A stretch of 40,525 nt of DNA, taken from a virus (lineage: Duplodnaviria > Heunggongvirae > Uroviricota > Caudoviricetes). Below, piece by piece: positions 27,636-37,740 of the stretch. Numbering within the stretch: position 1 is the first letter of the stretch; each line of letters opens with the position of its first letter. Where the stretch lies: the IMG/VR virus record IMGVR_UViG_2734482565_000012; one strand, given 5' to 3'. Position numbers and translations under genes: made by a program. The notes beneath the pieces were generated by a model. It did not search any database. It saw only the letters and a list, made by a program, of their open reading frames with translations, and was not told the origin of the DNA.

Positions 27636-28658
27636 TTAAAATTCATGAATGAACGGTTTGTCATCTGGTTGCAAAATGGTGGTTTTATTCGTTGCTACAT
27701 TTAAACTGTTGTAGAGCATAATTGCCAGGTTCGATGCATTTTCAATCAGCGTTTCAAGATCCTGGTCTGTAATCACTACGAGGTTCCCTTCTTTATCCTT
27801 TCCACCACGATGCACTAAGTGATTTCGATTGAGGGTTGCCAATTCAATAGCTTCTATCGGACAGTCTTTTTGTACTTTTATATCGAATGTAGCTTCATAG
27901 CGGTCGATTACCTTTTTAGTGCTATGCCAGCTTGCACTGATCAAGTGTTCCTTGATTGACCTGATTAGCTCTCCCCTAATTTTCTCGATGGGTTCACCCT
28001 TGAAAGGCAACGCAGCAATATCTTTGCTTACTTTAAATTCAGTCTTACCTTTTTCTATACAATTGGCTATGTAGACATCATCTTTCTCTATAGAATTAAT
28101 GAATAGCTCAACATAAAGCGTTTCCAAAGCTGTAATAACATTCGTGTAGAGCAAACTAAGCAAGTGGTTTTTTTGCTGTTGTTCAGTTTTATCTTTTGCA
28201 AGTTTTTTTATTTTATCGATATTATCAATGAATTTTAAATACGGATTACCGGAAGACGTTACAGCGTCGTAGATATCATCATCGTACCAATCATCTATAT
28301 TATTTGAGTTTCCAGACCAGTCAAAACATTGTGTTTGTAATTCATCTACTAATTCCTCAATATACTCAGATTTAACATATTGACCGAAGATGGATTGTAG
28401 TTCTTCGCTCGCATCATACGGCCCGCCATATATGTAAGCATAGCCACCTTCTCTACTTTCATACGGACAAGCATTTGCCGGATCTTCAAAGTTTTCAAAG
28501 AACCAGTTTTTCATTACTTCGAGTTGATCTTTTTTGCTTATGTATTTTAAAGATTTTAGTGGAACTTTCTTTCCATTAACCTCGAAAACAATTTTCACGA
28601 TGTAACGCTCCCTTGTATCAATTGCGCAACTATTATACCACAGCGAAATACAGGGCAT
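27636..28658 (-). CDS. hypothetical protein A of AT-rich two-gene cassette (C-terminal HEPN-like R-x4-H motif)
   Basis: 340 aa from MPCISLWYNS with AAGGAGG SD (ORF track start 28727 is upstream of the SD); C-terminal ..AIELATLNRNHLVHRGGKD.. has RN-x3-H spacing; acidic N-terminal region. Confidence 0.65.
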   Translation of the reverse strand: MPCISLWYNSCAIDTRERYIVKIVFEVNGKKVPLKSLKYISKKDQLEVMKNWFFENFEDPANACPYESREGGYAYIYGGPYDASEELQSIFGQYVKSEYIEELVDELQTQCFDWSGNSNNIDDWYDDDIYDAVTSSGNPYLKFIDNIDKIKKLAKDKTEQQQKNHLLSLLYTNVITALETLYVELFINSIEKDDVYIANCIEKGKTEFKVSKDIAALPFKGEPIEKIRGELIRSIKEHLISASWHSTKKVIDRYEATFDIKVQKDCPIEAIELATLNRNHLVHRGGKDKEGNLVVITDQDLETLIENASNLAIMLYNSLNVATNKTTILQPDDKPFIHEF

Positions 28659-28688
28659 AACCTGCCTCCTTAAACTAACATACCATGA

Positions 28689-28712
28689 GCCAGCAATGTC
28701 CGCTATTGGCAC
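28689..28712. promoter_or_regulatory. perfect 7-bp inverted repeat immediately upstream of cassette gene A
   Basis: gtccgct-attggcacaa-agcggac about 30 nt upstream of the SD of gene A; a TTGACA hexamer lies a further about 40 nt upstream on the minus strand. Confidence 0.3.
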
Positions 28713-28796
28713 AAAGCGGACAACCACGCTAGCTCTCCCCTGTGCCAGAAAAATGTCAATTTACATATGAACTAATGCTCTTTGATCTAGTAACGT

Positions 28797-29228
28797 CTAT
28801 AAATACCGAAGATTTCCTTGATAAAATGCCAGTACACGTTTCATAACTTCACTCTTCCGGCACTCGCGACAGATTATGTTCTGACGCCTGTCATAGCGGC
28901 GTATTTCTCCGTCTGGTAATGACCAGATAAGGTCAGGATCAACCACAACCGTTTTTTTCACCTTTGCCCTGGATAGTTTTTTGCGGGCGTTTTTCCAATC
29001 CTTACGAGCCTGTTCAGACGGGAATAACCCATAGCCAGAGTTGTATACATCGCCACTGGCAACCAACTCTCTGGCAAGAATGCTCATCAGATATCTTGTC
29101 GCACCTGTCTTGGCCTCCAGTTGCCTTAACGTCTCGCGCCCACTCTGGCGTACCAACTCAACAACCTGCTCCTTAATTTTTTCACGCTCTTCCTGTGTAA
29201 AAACTTTTGCCATAAGCGCCTCCGGCAA
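28797..29228 (-). CDS. hypothetical early-region protein
   Basis: 143 aa ORF; basic; contains CRECRKSE; co-oriented with the replication operon. Confidence 0.55.
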   Translation of the reverse strand: MPEALMAKVFTQEEREKIKEQVVELVRQSGRETLRQLEAKTGATRYLMSILARELVASGDVYNSGYGLFPSEQARKDWKNARKKLSRAKVKKTVVVDPDLIWSLPDGEIRRYDRRQNIICRECRKSEVMKRVLAFYQGNLRYL

Positions 29229-29990
29229 TCACTTTTCCGACACAATACGACTGGAGGAATCGACAATCTGTCGGACAATATCCCGGTGCTTGTTCAGCTC
29301 CCGCAGCGCGGCGCAGACTCGCTCCCACTTCTGGACATGATTTTTCGCCCGACGCAGTTCGCGGTTTGCCATATGCAGCGATGGTAAAACTAGGTCATCC
29401 GCTTGCGTTTCAGTAAACGATGGCAGCGACTGCACAATGTCCGCCACAGTTTCTGTTTTAATATCTTCCTGTGTTGCCGCTTCCTGTACTGGTAACGCAA
29501 CACCGGCTGGCTGAGGAAAGGCTTTACCATCAGTTTCCGCTACCGATGCAGCTTTCGGCTCTGCTGGTAAATTATCGCCCGGCATGCAGTAACGAAATTT
29601 ACTGTTCTGGTTTACGCGAATCAGGCGTCCTTTGCTGATTGCCATTGCCAGCGTTGAAGCAACTTTGCGGGATGTTGTACCGAACAGCGTAGCCAGTTCA
29701 TCCGCCGTTTGTGGTCCGCGTTGTTCAATCGTCGCGGTTAAATCGCACTCTGAGATTTTCACTACAGTTGCCGTGGTGGTTTCTTCCGGCAGTTCTGCCT
29801 GCATTGGCTGTTCCTGCTGAACGTTGTTATCAGCCACACGCCAGGTGTACGCGCTTTTATCAACGAAACCAGCTTTTTTCAGTTCCCATAGTTCGTTCAG
29901 CACTTCTTCACGACTGATATCAAGTCGCGCAGCAAGTTCTATGGATGTGGCTTTTCCCATTGCTTTCAGTGCGTCAAAAACAGTCTCCAT
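29229..29990 (-). CDS. hypothetical protein with N-terminal winged-helix-like domain
   Basis: 253 aa from [43 protein letters not shown] with GGGAGG SD; a second similar helix-turn segment mid-protein ([29 protein letters not shown]). Confidence 0.6.
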   Translation of the reverse strand: METVFDALKAMGKATSIELAARLDISREEVLNELWELKKAGFVDKSAYTWRVADNNVQQEQPMQAELPEETTTATVVKISECDLTATIEQRGPQTADELATLFGTTSRKVASTLAMAISKGRLIRVNQNSKFRYCMPGDNLPAEPKAASVAETDGKAFPQPAGVALPVQEAATQEDIKTETVADIVQSLPSFTETQADDLVLPSLHMANRELRRAKNHVQKWERVCAALRELNKHRDIVRQIVDSSSRIVSEK

Positions 29991-30061
29991 AAAAATTTCC
30001 TCCCGGTAAAAATTACTTCTCAATTCCTGGCTGGACGACATTCGGACGCCAGCTCTCCCAG

Positions 30062-30730
30062 TTAAAATTCACCCATCGCCNNNNNNNNNNNNNNNNNNNN
30101 NNNNNNNNNNNNNNNNNNNNNNNNNNNNNNNNNNNNNNNNNNNNNNNNNNNNNNNNNNNNNNNNNNNNNNNNNNNNNNNNNNNNNNNNNNNNNNNNNNNN
30201 NNNNNNNNNNNNNNNNNNNNNNNNNNNNNNNNNNNNNNNNNNNNNNNNNNNNNNNNNNNNNNNNNNNNNNNNNNNNNNNNNNNNNNNNNNNNNNNNNNNN
30301 NNNNNNNNNNNNNNNNNNNNNNNNNNNNNNNNNNNNNNNNNNNNNNNNNNNNNNNNNNNNNNNNNNNGATAGCTGCCGCTAAGTGGTTCTTCCCGGTACC
30401 AGGTTTTCCGCTGAACGCAAAATTTGTACACCCGGTCATCAGTTCATCAGCGATGGATTTCGCCTGACTCAACGCGTATCGCTGCGCTTCGTTCTGCACC
30501 TGGTAATTCGAAAACGAGCATTTGCGGTGCAATGGCTGGATGCCAGAGCGATTCAGAATTTTTTCCACCCGCAACTGACGATTCTGACGGTTGATCTCCT
30601 CACAACGTTTCTGGCCTTCGGAAAGTTGCCACTCGCGCCACTCCGCTACCGTCTTGAATGGCGCGGTTACATGTGACGGGGCCAGTCTGCGGATACGTTC
30701 AAGAACGTCGCCTGTCGCAATATTTTTCAT
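30062..30730 (-). CDS. ydaV: DnaC/IstB-like replication ATPase, interrupted by assembly gap
   Basis: Walker [15 protein letters not shown]; matches Rac YdaV as recalled; C-terminal part replaced by N-run. Confidence 0.8.
   Translation of the reverse strand: MKNIATGDVLERIRRLAPSHVTAPFKTVAEWREWQLSEGQKRCEEINRQNRQLRVEKILNRSGIQPLHRKCSFSNYQVQNEAQRYALSQAKSIADELMTGCTNFAFSGKPGTGKNHLAAAIXXXXXXXXXXXXXXXXXXXXXXXXXXXXXXXXXXXXXXXXXXXXXXXXXXXXXXXXXXXXXXXXXXXXXXXXXXXXXXXXXXXXXXXXXXXXXXXXAMGEF
30081..30367. other. assembly gap (run of N)
   Basis: 287 consecutive N within the ydaV-like gene. Confidence 0.99.
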
Positions 30731-30736
30731 GGTCAG

Positions 30737-31594
30737 TTACCCCCTGAAGCCTGGCGGGATCGCACTATCCGGTAACGAGACGGTGTTAACCTGTCGGAGT
30801 AACGTCTCAGGTCGAACACCTTTCGGCGCGAACAAGCCCTGGTATTCATTGGCGATGCTGTGTCGAATCACCTGCTCAGGTGAAAAACCCTGCTGGCGGA
30901 ATTTTTCCAGCTCCCGTATCGCCCCGTTAGCGCCCTGCTCCGTTCGAATCGGTTTTCGCAATGCCTGGCGAAATTCAACCCACTCACGCCAAAGCGAGAC
31001 AGAAATCCAGTTCGGCAAAGCAATATCCAGAGGGTCAAACTTTTTGACACCTCGATTCCCCCGGGGGGGATTTAGGGGGGGATCTGTTTTTAGATCTTTA
31101 TCTGTATCTTTATTAGTTGCCTTTGTGTTGACATCATGTTCAAACACCACTTCAACATCTGTTTGAACACCTGTTAAATTTCTCTCTTGTTTTGTTTGAA
31201 CATCTGCTTCCTTTCTGCTTCTTCTGGCCTGAACAGATGCTTTTCCTGCGGCTGATTTTTTGGTTAATTTTTCCCTGACTGATGCCAGATCTTCCTCAAT
31301 CCGAAGATGCACCCATTCCTCGCCGTTATCGCAAAAAAACTCCTGCAAGGATGGTTCAACATCAGCCCATCGCTCGTTAGTCAGACGGGCAATTTTTGCC
31401 AGCCTGTTTTTAGGTATTGGCTTTCCTGTTTGCCAGTAATTGAACATCAGCAACAAATACGCACCATGCTCCTCTGCTGACAAATGCATGGTGTCAGCCA
31501 GGTAATCAGCTATGTACAGTTGCATGTATGGTAATGCGGCCATAATTGCCCCGTATGATGCTGCCCGGTGGCTTAGAATAAGCACAAACAGCAT
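30737..31594 (-). CDS. ydaU: replication initiation-associated protein YdaU (DUF1376)
   Basis: 285 aa; ..MAALPYMQLYIADYLADTMHLSAEEHGAYLLLMFNYWQTGKPIP.. ; sits between ydaT and the dnaC-like gene. True start may be the internal Met at codon 18. Confidence 0.75.
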   Translation of the reverse strand: MLFVLILSHRAASYGAIMAALPYMQLYIADYLADTMHLSAEEHGAYLLLMFNYWQTGKPIPKNRLAKIARLTNERWADVEPSLQEFFCDNGEEWVHLRIEEDLASVREKLTKKSAAGKASVQARRSRKEADVQTKQERNLTGVQTDVEVVFEHDVNTKATNKDTDKDLKTDPPLNPPRGNRGVKKFDPLDIALPNWISVSLWREWVEFRQALRKPIRTEQGANGAIRELEKFRQQGFSPEQVIRHSIANEYQGLFAPKGVRPETLLRQVNTVSLPDSAIPPGFRG

Positions 31595-31606
31595 GGAAAC
31601 TTTTGC

Positions 31607-32029
31607 TTAATGAACAATGACAGAATCGTCGGAAGACCCGCCGCCGCTGAAATGCGCTTTCCGGTAAACGGCTTGGACTGCATCATCATGCGCATCAATT
31701 GCCGTACTTAACGCTTCCTGCGCCGCCAGTAATGCACGGCGTTCCAGGGTATCGAAGATGCAGAGTCGGTGACGCAGCTCGCGCGGAAGGATTGCCAGAA
31801 TTGCTGGGATCAGCTTCTGAATTTTTTCTCTTTGCGTTTTCGTTTCACCTTTCAACCAACGGTGATAGATATTCTGCTGATTATTCCAGTCCTTGCCTGG
31901 TACCAGGGGCAATTCGCCGCCCCCCTGGCGCAGATATTCTTCAGTAATGGCATTGGCTACCCATGCCTGCCCTTTTTCGGCTGCCAGGGCTAACAACACT
32001 GACTCGATGTGCTCATGCTTGATTTTCAT
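31607..32029 (-). CDS. ydaT: YdaT (CII-position regulator of Rac-type switch)
   Basis: 140 aa, immediately downstream of ydaS with overlapping stop/start; matches Rac YdaT length. Confidence 0.8.
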   Translation of the reverse strand: MKIKHEHIESVLLALAAEKGQAWVANAITEEYLRQGGGELPLVPGKDWNNQQNIYHRWLKGETKTQREKIQKLIPAILAILPRELRHRLCIFDTLERRALLAAQEALSTAIDAHDDAVQAVYRKAHFSGGGSSDDSVIVH

Positions 32030-32280
32030 GAATCAACTCCCATCAGCTTTTTCGTAGTAGTTTTATTTCTGCCAATAGTTAAAATTACATCAGCAGAAAA
32101 TAATCCGTTTGATGCATGAGCGATTTTTTCAGCGTAATTTGTTTCGCCGGTATATTCTGTGCGAGGCAATTTTCCGTTATCCATCCATTTGTAGATTGCT
32201 CTTTGGCTGACACCACAAACGTCGGCCACAACAGAAACGCGAACAGTTTTGATTACATCTTCAAGTGTTTTCTGGTTCAT
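32026..32280 (-). CDS. ydaS: Cro-like HTH regulator YdaS
   Basis: Start placed at MNQKTLEDVIKTVRVSVVADVCGVSQRAIYKWMDNGKLP (HTH); divergent from racR (ORF track extends to 32352). Confidence 0.8.
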   Translation of the reverse strand: MNQKTLEDVIKTVRVSVVADVCGVSQRAIYKWMDNGKLPRTEYTGETNYAEKIAHASNGLFSADVILTIGRNKTTTKKLMGVDS

Positions 32281-32341
32281 ATCACCCTCACAATGTGAAC
32301 TTTGAGTACATGCTATAACAGAACTGACAGTACATTCAAGA
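32281..32341. promoter_or_regulatory. divergent racR / ydaS control region with repeated AGTACAT motifs and tcaca-a-tgtga palindrome
   Basis: Two direct AGTACAT heptamers about 24 nt apart plus a short palindrome in the 61-bp spacer between the divergent repressor and cro-like genes. Confidence 0.45.
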
Positions 32342-32779
32342 GTGAATATCATTGAACTTATGGTTCATGAAGATAAAGCGCGTAAAGAGTTCGCCAGTAG
32401 GCTTGCGCTAGCCTGTGAAAACGCTGGTTATGAACAACATGGAAGGCAGGCAGAAATTGCCCGTCGAATGAAATTAACACCAAAAGCGGTTAGCAAATGG
32501 TTTAATGGCGAAACAATTCCTCGCCGAGAGAAATTAAGGGAATTAGCAACACTCATTGGAACAACACCAACCTATCTTTTGGGAGAGGATACAGAAGAAA
32601 GTGGACAGGTACGTTTCTATCAGGAGTTAAATCCAAGACAAAAAATCATCATTGACCTTCTGGACGAGCTCCCTGACAGTGAGACAGATGAACTTTTAAA
32701 AACTCTTGAGGAGAAAAAACAGAAGTACAATGCAATTTACGAAGAGCTAGCACGAAAGAAAAAACAAAAAGCCTCTTAA
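32342..32779 (+). CDS. racR: prophage repressor RacR (XRE-family HTH)
   Basis: ..MVHEDKARKEFASRLALACENAGYEQHGRQAEIARRMKLTPKAVSKWFNGETIP.. ; divergent from ydaS. Start ambiguous (GTG 32342 or ATG 32360). Confidence 0.85.
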   Translation: MNIIELMVHEDKARKEFASRLALACENAGYEQHGRQAEIARRMKLTPKAVSKWFNGETIPRREKLRELATLIGTTPTYLLGEDTEESGQVRFYQELNPRQKIIIDLLDELPDSETDELLKTLEEKKQKYNAIYEELARKKKQKAS

Positions 32780-32849
32780 ACCAGCATAAATCCGGTAGCG
32801 TCCCCCTCCGGGTTTGTGCTTCACTTTATCCCATCTCATTTTTTTACAC

Positions 32850-32900
32850 ACAAAATGTACTTATAGTACTTTACATCAATGAACACAAAGTACATTATAT
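32850..32900. promoter_or_regulatory. candidate early-left promoter/operator region with AGTACAT-type repeats
   Basis: ATGTACT-TAT-AGTACT palindrome followed by AAGTACATTAT; same heptamer as in the racR-ydaS spacer; TTTACA...CATTAT promoter-like hexamers. Confidence 0.35.
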
Positions 32901-33069
32901 ACCTACCAACCCACCCCGCCCCACAGAACGCAGGGCAATACTTCGAGTTACCAGGCAGTGGTCAGGGGTTAAGTAGCCAGCCCGAGGCGTATGAACATGA
33001 CGGCAGGGTTCAGATTTTGCAGTGCAGCAGGTTTCAGTTCCGCCACCCGGCGTTAAGGGGAGAGATAAG

Positions 33070-33204
33070 ATGGTGCATTACGAAGTAGTTCAGTATTTGA
33101 TGGATTGTTGCGGTATCACTTACAACCAGGCTGTGCAGGCTTTACGCAGCAACGACTGGGATCTCTGGCAGGCAGAAGTCGCTATACACAGCAACAAGAT
33201 GTGA
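33070..33204 (+). CDS. ydaG: small protein YdaG-like (44 aa)
   Basis: MVHYEVVQYLMDCCGITYNQAVQALRSNDWDLWQAEVAIHSNKM within ORF 33022..33204; GGGGAG SD-like sequence upstream. Confidence 0.55.
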   Translation: MVHYEVVQYLMDCCGITYNQAVQALRSNDWDLWQAEVAIHSNKM

Positions 33205-33214
33205 GATTCGCAAA

Positions 33215-33370
33215 ATGCAAAAAATCGACCTCGGCAACAACGAATCCCTGGTGTGCGGCGTGTTCCCCAACCAGGATGGAACGTTCACTGCCATGACGTA
33301 TACCAAAAGCAAAACATTTAAAACCGAAACTGGTGCGCGCCGATGGTTGGAGAAGCACACAGTAAGCTAA
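33215..33370 (+). CDS. ydaF: small protein YdaF-like (51 aa)
   Basis: MQKIDLGNNESLVCGVFPNQDGTFTAMTYTKSKTFKTETGARRWLEKHTVS*; below ORF-track cutoff; convergent with sieB. Confidence 0.55.
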   Translation: MQKIDLGNNESLVCGVFPNQDGTFTAMTYTKSKTFKTETGARRWLEKHTVS

Positions 33371-33855
33371 CGATTAAAACGTCTACTCCTGCTGTTCCAG
33401 AATAACTTCATAAAATGGGAGTATTTTTCGGTGACGAGATAATAAGAACAGTTTGCGCTATCACTCTGATGTTGAATGATGCCCTTCCGTTCTAATTTTT
33501 TCATAACCGGGTTACGGCAAGGAGAAGTGATAATAAGATTTCCTGTTTTAAGGAAATCTTTAAATACAGCGATTTCTTTCTCAGATAAACGAAGCAATAC
33601 TCGTTGCTCTGGTAGTAATGAATAATGCTTTTGAATATGTGCTCGCAATCTTGAGAAGGAAATGGCGACCACGAAAGAAAAGGCAAAAACGATAATCTGA
33701 AAGAGCCAAGGTATTTCAGTATAAGCATTGAATGCGACAGTAAACTCTTTCGGTATCAGCCAGAGAGTGAGACCAAAAATGATAATCGTATACATAAGTA
33801 TTTCGAGTGGCTCGTTAGCAAAAAGTTTCAACAATGGAGTAAATACATCCAACAT
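33367..33855 (-). CDS. sieB: superinfection exclusion protein SieB
   Basis: 162 aa from MLDVFTPLLKLFANEPLEILMYTIIIFGLTLWLIPKEF..; two TM segments; matches Rac SieB as recalled. Confidence 0.8.
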   Translation of the reverse strand: MLDVFTPLLKLFANEPLEILMYTIIIFGLTLWLIPKEFTVAFNAYTEIPWLFQIIVFAFSFVVAISFSRLRAHIQKHYSLLPEQRVLLRLSEKEIAVFKDFLKTGNLIITSPCRNPVMKKLERKGIIQHQSDSANCSYYLVTEKYSHFMKLFWNSRSRRFNR

Positions 33856-34296
33856 ATCAATAACTCTCAACTGTAAGGGTATTGAAATGTTAACACAAGC
33901 TCTCGCTGTAGGGGTATAGCCGAGACCACCGAAGCCCGGAGGTGGTGAAATAAAACCGGGCACAACACGAAGGCGCATTTCCGATATCCATAAAGAGTCG
34001 GTCTTGTCTGTTAAATTTAAATGGTGGGAGTGCGCCTCCGGTTGTAAATAACGACATTGCTGTGTGTAGTCCTGGCGGCATCAGTTTTTTTCTTGAAGTT
34101 CGGCTGATGTCCGCCCTTTTTAAAGTGAATTTTGTGATGCGGTGAATGCGGCTAAGCGCACGTGGCACAGTTAAAAGTCATGTTAGTCCTTATTGGTTTG
34201 GGTGGGAAAGCCGACTGTAATTGTTAACTGGTTGCAGTCACCTGGAGGCACCAGGCACCGCATCAACAAAGTTCATTTGTAAAAATGGAGATAATT

Positions 34297-34518
34297 ATGA
34301 TTGCACATCACTTCGGAACTGATGAAATACCACGTCAGTGTGTGACTCCTGGCGATTATGTTCTTCATGAAGGCCGGACATATATTGCCTCGGCAAACAA
34401 TATTAAAAAGCGAAAACTATATATTCGTAACCTGACCACAAAAACATGCATTACTGACCGCATGATTAAAGTCTTCCTCGGTCGTGATGGTTTACCTGTA
34501 AAGGCGGAGTCATGGTGA
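34297..34518 (+). CDS. kilR: FtsZ inhibitor KilR
   Basis: 73 aa [73 protein letters not shown], matches Rac KilR as recalled. Confidence 0.85.
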   Translation: MIAHHFGTDEIPRQCVTPGDYVLHEGRTYIASANNIKKRKLYIRNLTTKTCITDRMIKVFLGRDGLPVKAESW

Positions 34519-34688
34519 TGACTAAGAAAATAAAATGTGCTTACCACCTTTGCAAAAAAGACGTTGAAGAAAGCAAAGCTATTGAAAGAATGCTTCACTT
34601 CATGCACGGGATTTTATCAAAAGACGAACCGAGAAAATATTGCAGTGAAGCTTGTGCCGAAAAAGACCAGATGGCACATGAACTTTAA
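34518..34688 (+). CDS. ydaE: small Cys-rich protein YdaE-like (56 aa)
   Basis: ATG overlaps kilR stop (TGATG); [56 protein letters not shown]. Confidence 0.55.
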   Translation: MTKKIKCAYHLCKKDVEESKAIERMLHFMHGILSKDEPRKYCSEACAEKDQMAHEL

Positions 34689-34762
34689 TTAATTGACTAT
34701 TCGAAACTGAATTTATGCCAGAAATGGCAGGTATTCGCTCAACCTTAATTAAGGAGAAAAAC

Positions 34763-35038
34763 ATGATTACCAATTATGAAGCCACTGTTGTAACTACCGA
34801 TGACATTGTTCACGAGGTGAATCTGGAAGGAAAGCGCATTGGCTACGTAATTAAAACAGAAAATAAAGAAACCCCATTCACTGTGGTTGATATCGATGGT
34901 CCATCAGGCAACGTAAAAACACTTGATGAAGGTGTCAAAAAAATGTGCCTGGTGCATATCGGAAAGAATCTGCCCGCAGAAAAAAAAGCCGAATTTCTGG
35001 CAACTCTAATTGCAATGAAATTAAAAGGTGAAATCTGA
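34763..35038 (+). CDS. racC: RacC
   Basis: 91 aa from MITNYEATVVTTDDIVHEVNLEGKRIGYVIKTENKETPF.. with AAGGAGA SD. Confidence 0.8.
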   Translation: MITNYEATVVTTDDIVHEVNLEGKRIGYVIKTENKETPFTVVDIDGPSGNVKTLDEGVKKMCLVHIGKNLPAEKKAEFLATLIAMKLKGEI

Positions 35039-35043
35039 AAGAA

Positions 35044-35068
35044 ATAGCCTGCGTATGGCGCAGGCTAT
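35044..35068 (+). promoter_or_regulatory. perfect 10-bp inverted repeat between racC and recE
   Basis: atagcctgcg-tatgg-cgcaggctat; no following T-run, so it is not a canonical intrinsic terminator. Confidence 0.4.
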
Positions 35069-35139
35069 GAACAGTGTGTATCCGGCAAGATCATTCACTG
35101 AACAAAACGAATTTTAATCTGAGTTGAGGTTAAAAAACA

Positions 35140-37740
35140 ATGAGCACAAAACCACTCTTCCTGTTACGGAAAGCGAAAAAATCATCCGGTGAACCTGACG
35201 TCGTCCTGTGGGCAAGCAACGATTTTGAATCGACCTGTGCCACTCTGGACTACCTGATCGTTAAGTCAGGTAAAAAACTGAGCAGCTATTTTAAAGCTGT
35301 TGCCACGAATTTTCCTGTCGTTAATGACCTGCCCGCTGAAGGTGAGATCGATTTTACCTGGAGTGAACGCTATCAACTCAGCAAAGACTCCATGACATGG
35401 GAACTAAAACCGGGAGCAGCACCAGACAACGCTCACTATCAAGGCAATACCAACGTCAACGGCGAAGACATGACTGAGATTGAGGAGAATATGCTACTCC
35501 CAATTTCTGGCCAGGAACTGCCCATTCGTTGGCTTGCTCAACACGGCAGCGAAAAACCGGTAACGCACGTTTCACGCGACGGACTCCAGGCATTACACAT
35601 TGCTCGGGCTGAAGAACTACCGGCTGTTACTGCCCTGGCTGTTTCCCACAAAACCAGCCTGCTCGACCCGCTGGAAATTCGCGAACTCCACAAACTGGTT
35701 CGTGACACTGACAAAGTTTTCCCTAATCCTGGTAATTCAAACCTGGGACTGATAACTGCTTTTTTCGAAGCATACCTGAACGCTGACTACACCGATCGAG
35801 GACTGCTGACAAAAGAGTGGATGAAGGGTAATCGTGTTTCACACATCACTCGCACGGCTTCCGGTGCTAATGCTGGCGGCGGAAACCTCACCGATCGCGG
35901 CGAAGGTTTCGTACACGATCTGACGTCACTGGCGCGGGACGTAGCCACTGGCGTACTGGCCCGTTCAATGGATCTGGACATCTATAACCTTCATCCGGCA
36001 CACGCTAAACGCATTGAGGAAATTATCGCTGAAAATAAACCGCCCTTTTCTGTTTTCCGCGACAAATTCATCACCATGCCTGGCGGGCTGGATTATTCCC
36101 GCGCCATCGTGGTTGCGTCCGTAAAAGAAGCACCAATTGGGATCGAGGTCATCCCCGCGCACGTCACTGAATATCTGAACAAAGTACTGACTGAAACCGA
36201 TCATGCCAACCCTGATCCGGAAATCGTGGATATTGCCTGCGGTCGCTCCTCTGCCCCGATGCCGCAGCGAGTAACAGAAGAAGGAAAACAGGATGATGAA
36301 GAAAAACCGCAACCATCTGGAACAACGGCAGTTGAACAGGGAGAGGCTGAAACAATGGAACCGGACGCAACTGAACATCATCAGGACACGCAGCCGCTGG
36401 ATGCTCAGTCACAGGTAAATTCTGTTGATGCGAAATATCAGGAACTGCGGGCAGAACTCCATGAAGCCCGGAAAAACATTCCATCAAAAAATCCTGTCGA
36501 TGCCGATAAATTGCTTGCTGCATCACGTGGTGAATTTGTTGACGGAATTAGCGACCCGAACGATCCGAAATGGGTAAAGGGGATCCAGACTCGCGATTGT
36601 GTGTACCAGAACCAGCCAGAAACGGAAAAAACCAGCCCGGATATGAATCAACCTGAGCCAGTAGTGCAACAGGAACCGGAAATAGCCTGCAATGCCTGCG
36701 GCCAGACTGGCGGGGATAACTGCCCTGACTGTGGTGCGGTGATGGGCGACGCAACATACCAGGAAACATTCGATGAAGAGAGTCAGGTTGAAGCTAAGGA
36801 AAATGATCCGGAGGAAATGGAAGGCGCTGAACATCCGCACAATGAGAATGCTGGCAGCGATCCGCATCGCGATTGCAGTGATGAAACTGGCGAAGTCGCA
36901 GATCCCGTAATCGTAGAAGACATAGAGCCAGGTATTTATTACGGAATTTCGAATGAGAATTACCACGCGGGTCCCGGTGTCAGTAAGTCTCAGCTCGATG
37001 ACATTGCTGATACTCCGGCACTGTATTTGTGGCGTAAAAATGCCCCCGTGGACACCACAAAGACAAAAACGCTCGATTTAGGAACCGCTTTCCACTGCCG
37101 GGTACTTGAGCCGGAAGAATTCAGTAACCGCTTTATCGTAGCACCTGAATTTAACCGCCGGACAAACTCCGGAAAAGAAGAAGAGAAAGCGTTTCTGAGG
37201 GAATGCGCAAGCACAGGAAAAACGGTTATCACTGCCGAAGAAGGCCGGAAAATTGAACTCATGTATCAGAGCGTTATGGCTTTGCCGCTGGGGCAATGGC
37301 TTGTTGAAAGCGCCGGACACGCTGAATCATCAATTTACTGGGAAGATCCTGAAACAGCAATTTTGTGTCGGTGCCGTCCGGACAAAATTATCCCTGAATT
37401 TCACTGGATCATGGACGTGAAAACTACGGCGGATATTCAACGATTCAAAACCGCTTATTACGACTACCGCTATCACGTTCAGGATGCATTCTACAGTGAC
37501 GGTTATGAAGCACAGTTTGGAGTGCAGCCAACTTTCGTTTTTCTGGTTGCCAGCACAACTATTGAATGCGGACGTTATCCGGTTGAAATTTTCATGATGG
37601 GCGAAGAAGCAAAACTGGCAGGTCAGCTGGAATATCACCGCAATCTGCGAACCCTGGCTGACTGCCTCAATACCGATGAATGGCCAGCTATTAAGACGTT
37701 ATCACTGCCCCGCTGGGCTAAGGAATATGCAAATGACTAA
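35140..37740 (+). CDS. recE: exonuclease VIII (RecE)
   Basis: 866 aa; matches RecE of Rac as recalled, including C-terminal nuclease region ..[23 protein letters not shown]..; stop overlaps the recT start. Confidence 0.95.
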   Translation: MSTKPLFLLRKAKKSSGEPDVVLWASNDFESTCATLDYLIVKSGKKLSSYFKAVATNFPVVNDLPAEGEIDFTWSERYQLSKDSMTWELKPGAAPDNAHYQGNTNVNGEDMTEIEENMLLPISGQELPIRWLAQHGSEKPVTHVSRDGLQALHIARAEELPAVTALAVSHKTSLLDPLEIRELHKLVRDTDKVFPNPGNSNLGLITAFFEAYLNADYTDRGLLTKEWMKGNRVSHITRTASGANAGGGNLTDRGEGFVHDLTSLARDVATGVLARSMDLDIYNLHPAHAKRIEEIIAENKPPFSVFRDKFITMPGGLDYSRAIVVASVKEAPIGIEVIPAHVTEYLNKVLTETDHANPDPEIVDIACGRSSAPMPQRVTEEGKQDDEEKPQPSGTTAVEQGEAETMEPDATEHHQDTQPLDAQSQVNSVDAKYQELRAELHEARKNIPSKNPVDADKLLAASRGEFVDGISDPNDPKWVKGIQTRDCVYQNQPETEKTSPDMNQPEPVVQQEPEIACNACGQTGGDNCPDCGAVMGDATYQETFDEESQVEAKENDPEEMEGAEHPHNENAGSDPHRDCSDETGEVADPVIVEDIEPGIYYGISNENYHAGPGVSKSQLDDIADTPALYLWRKNAPVDTTKTKTLDLGTAFHCRVLEPEEFSNRFIVAPEFNRRTNSGKEEEKAFLRECASTGKTVITAEEGRKIELMYQSVMALPLGQWLVESAGHAESSIYWEDPETAILCRCRPDKIIPEFHWIMDVKTTADIQRFKTAYYDYRYHVQDAFYSDGYEAQFGVQPTFVFLVASTTIECGRYPVEIFMMGEEAKLAGQLEYHRNLRTLADCLNTDEWPAIKTLSLPRWAKEYAND

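Noticed and set aside
33890-34168. 92-aa minus-strand ORF upstream of sieB
   Set aside because: Lies in the kilR upstream and promoter region with no SD and no recognisable composition; probably a chance ORF.
35787-37638. Antisense ORFs inside recE (35787..35981, 35965..36381, 36164..36526, 36523..36966, 36990..37320, 37330..37638)
   Set aside because: All lie opposite the near-identical recE reading frame; translations are Cys/Phe/Arg-rich junk typical of antisense frames.
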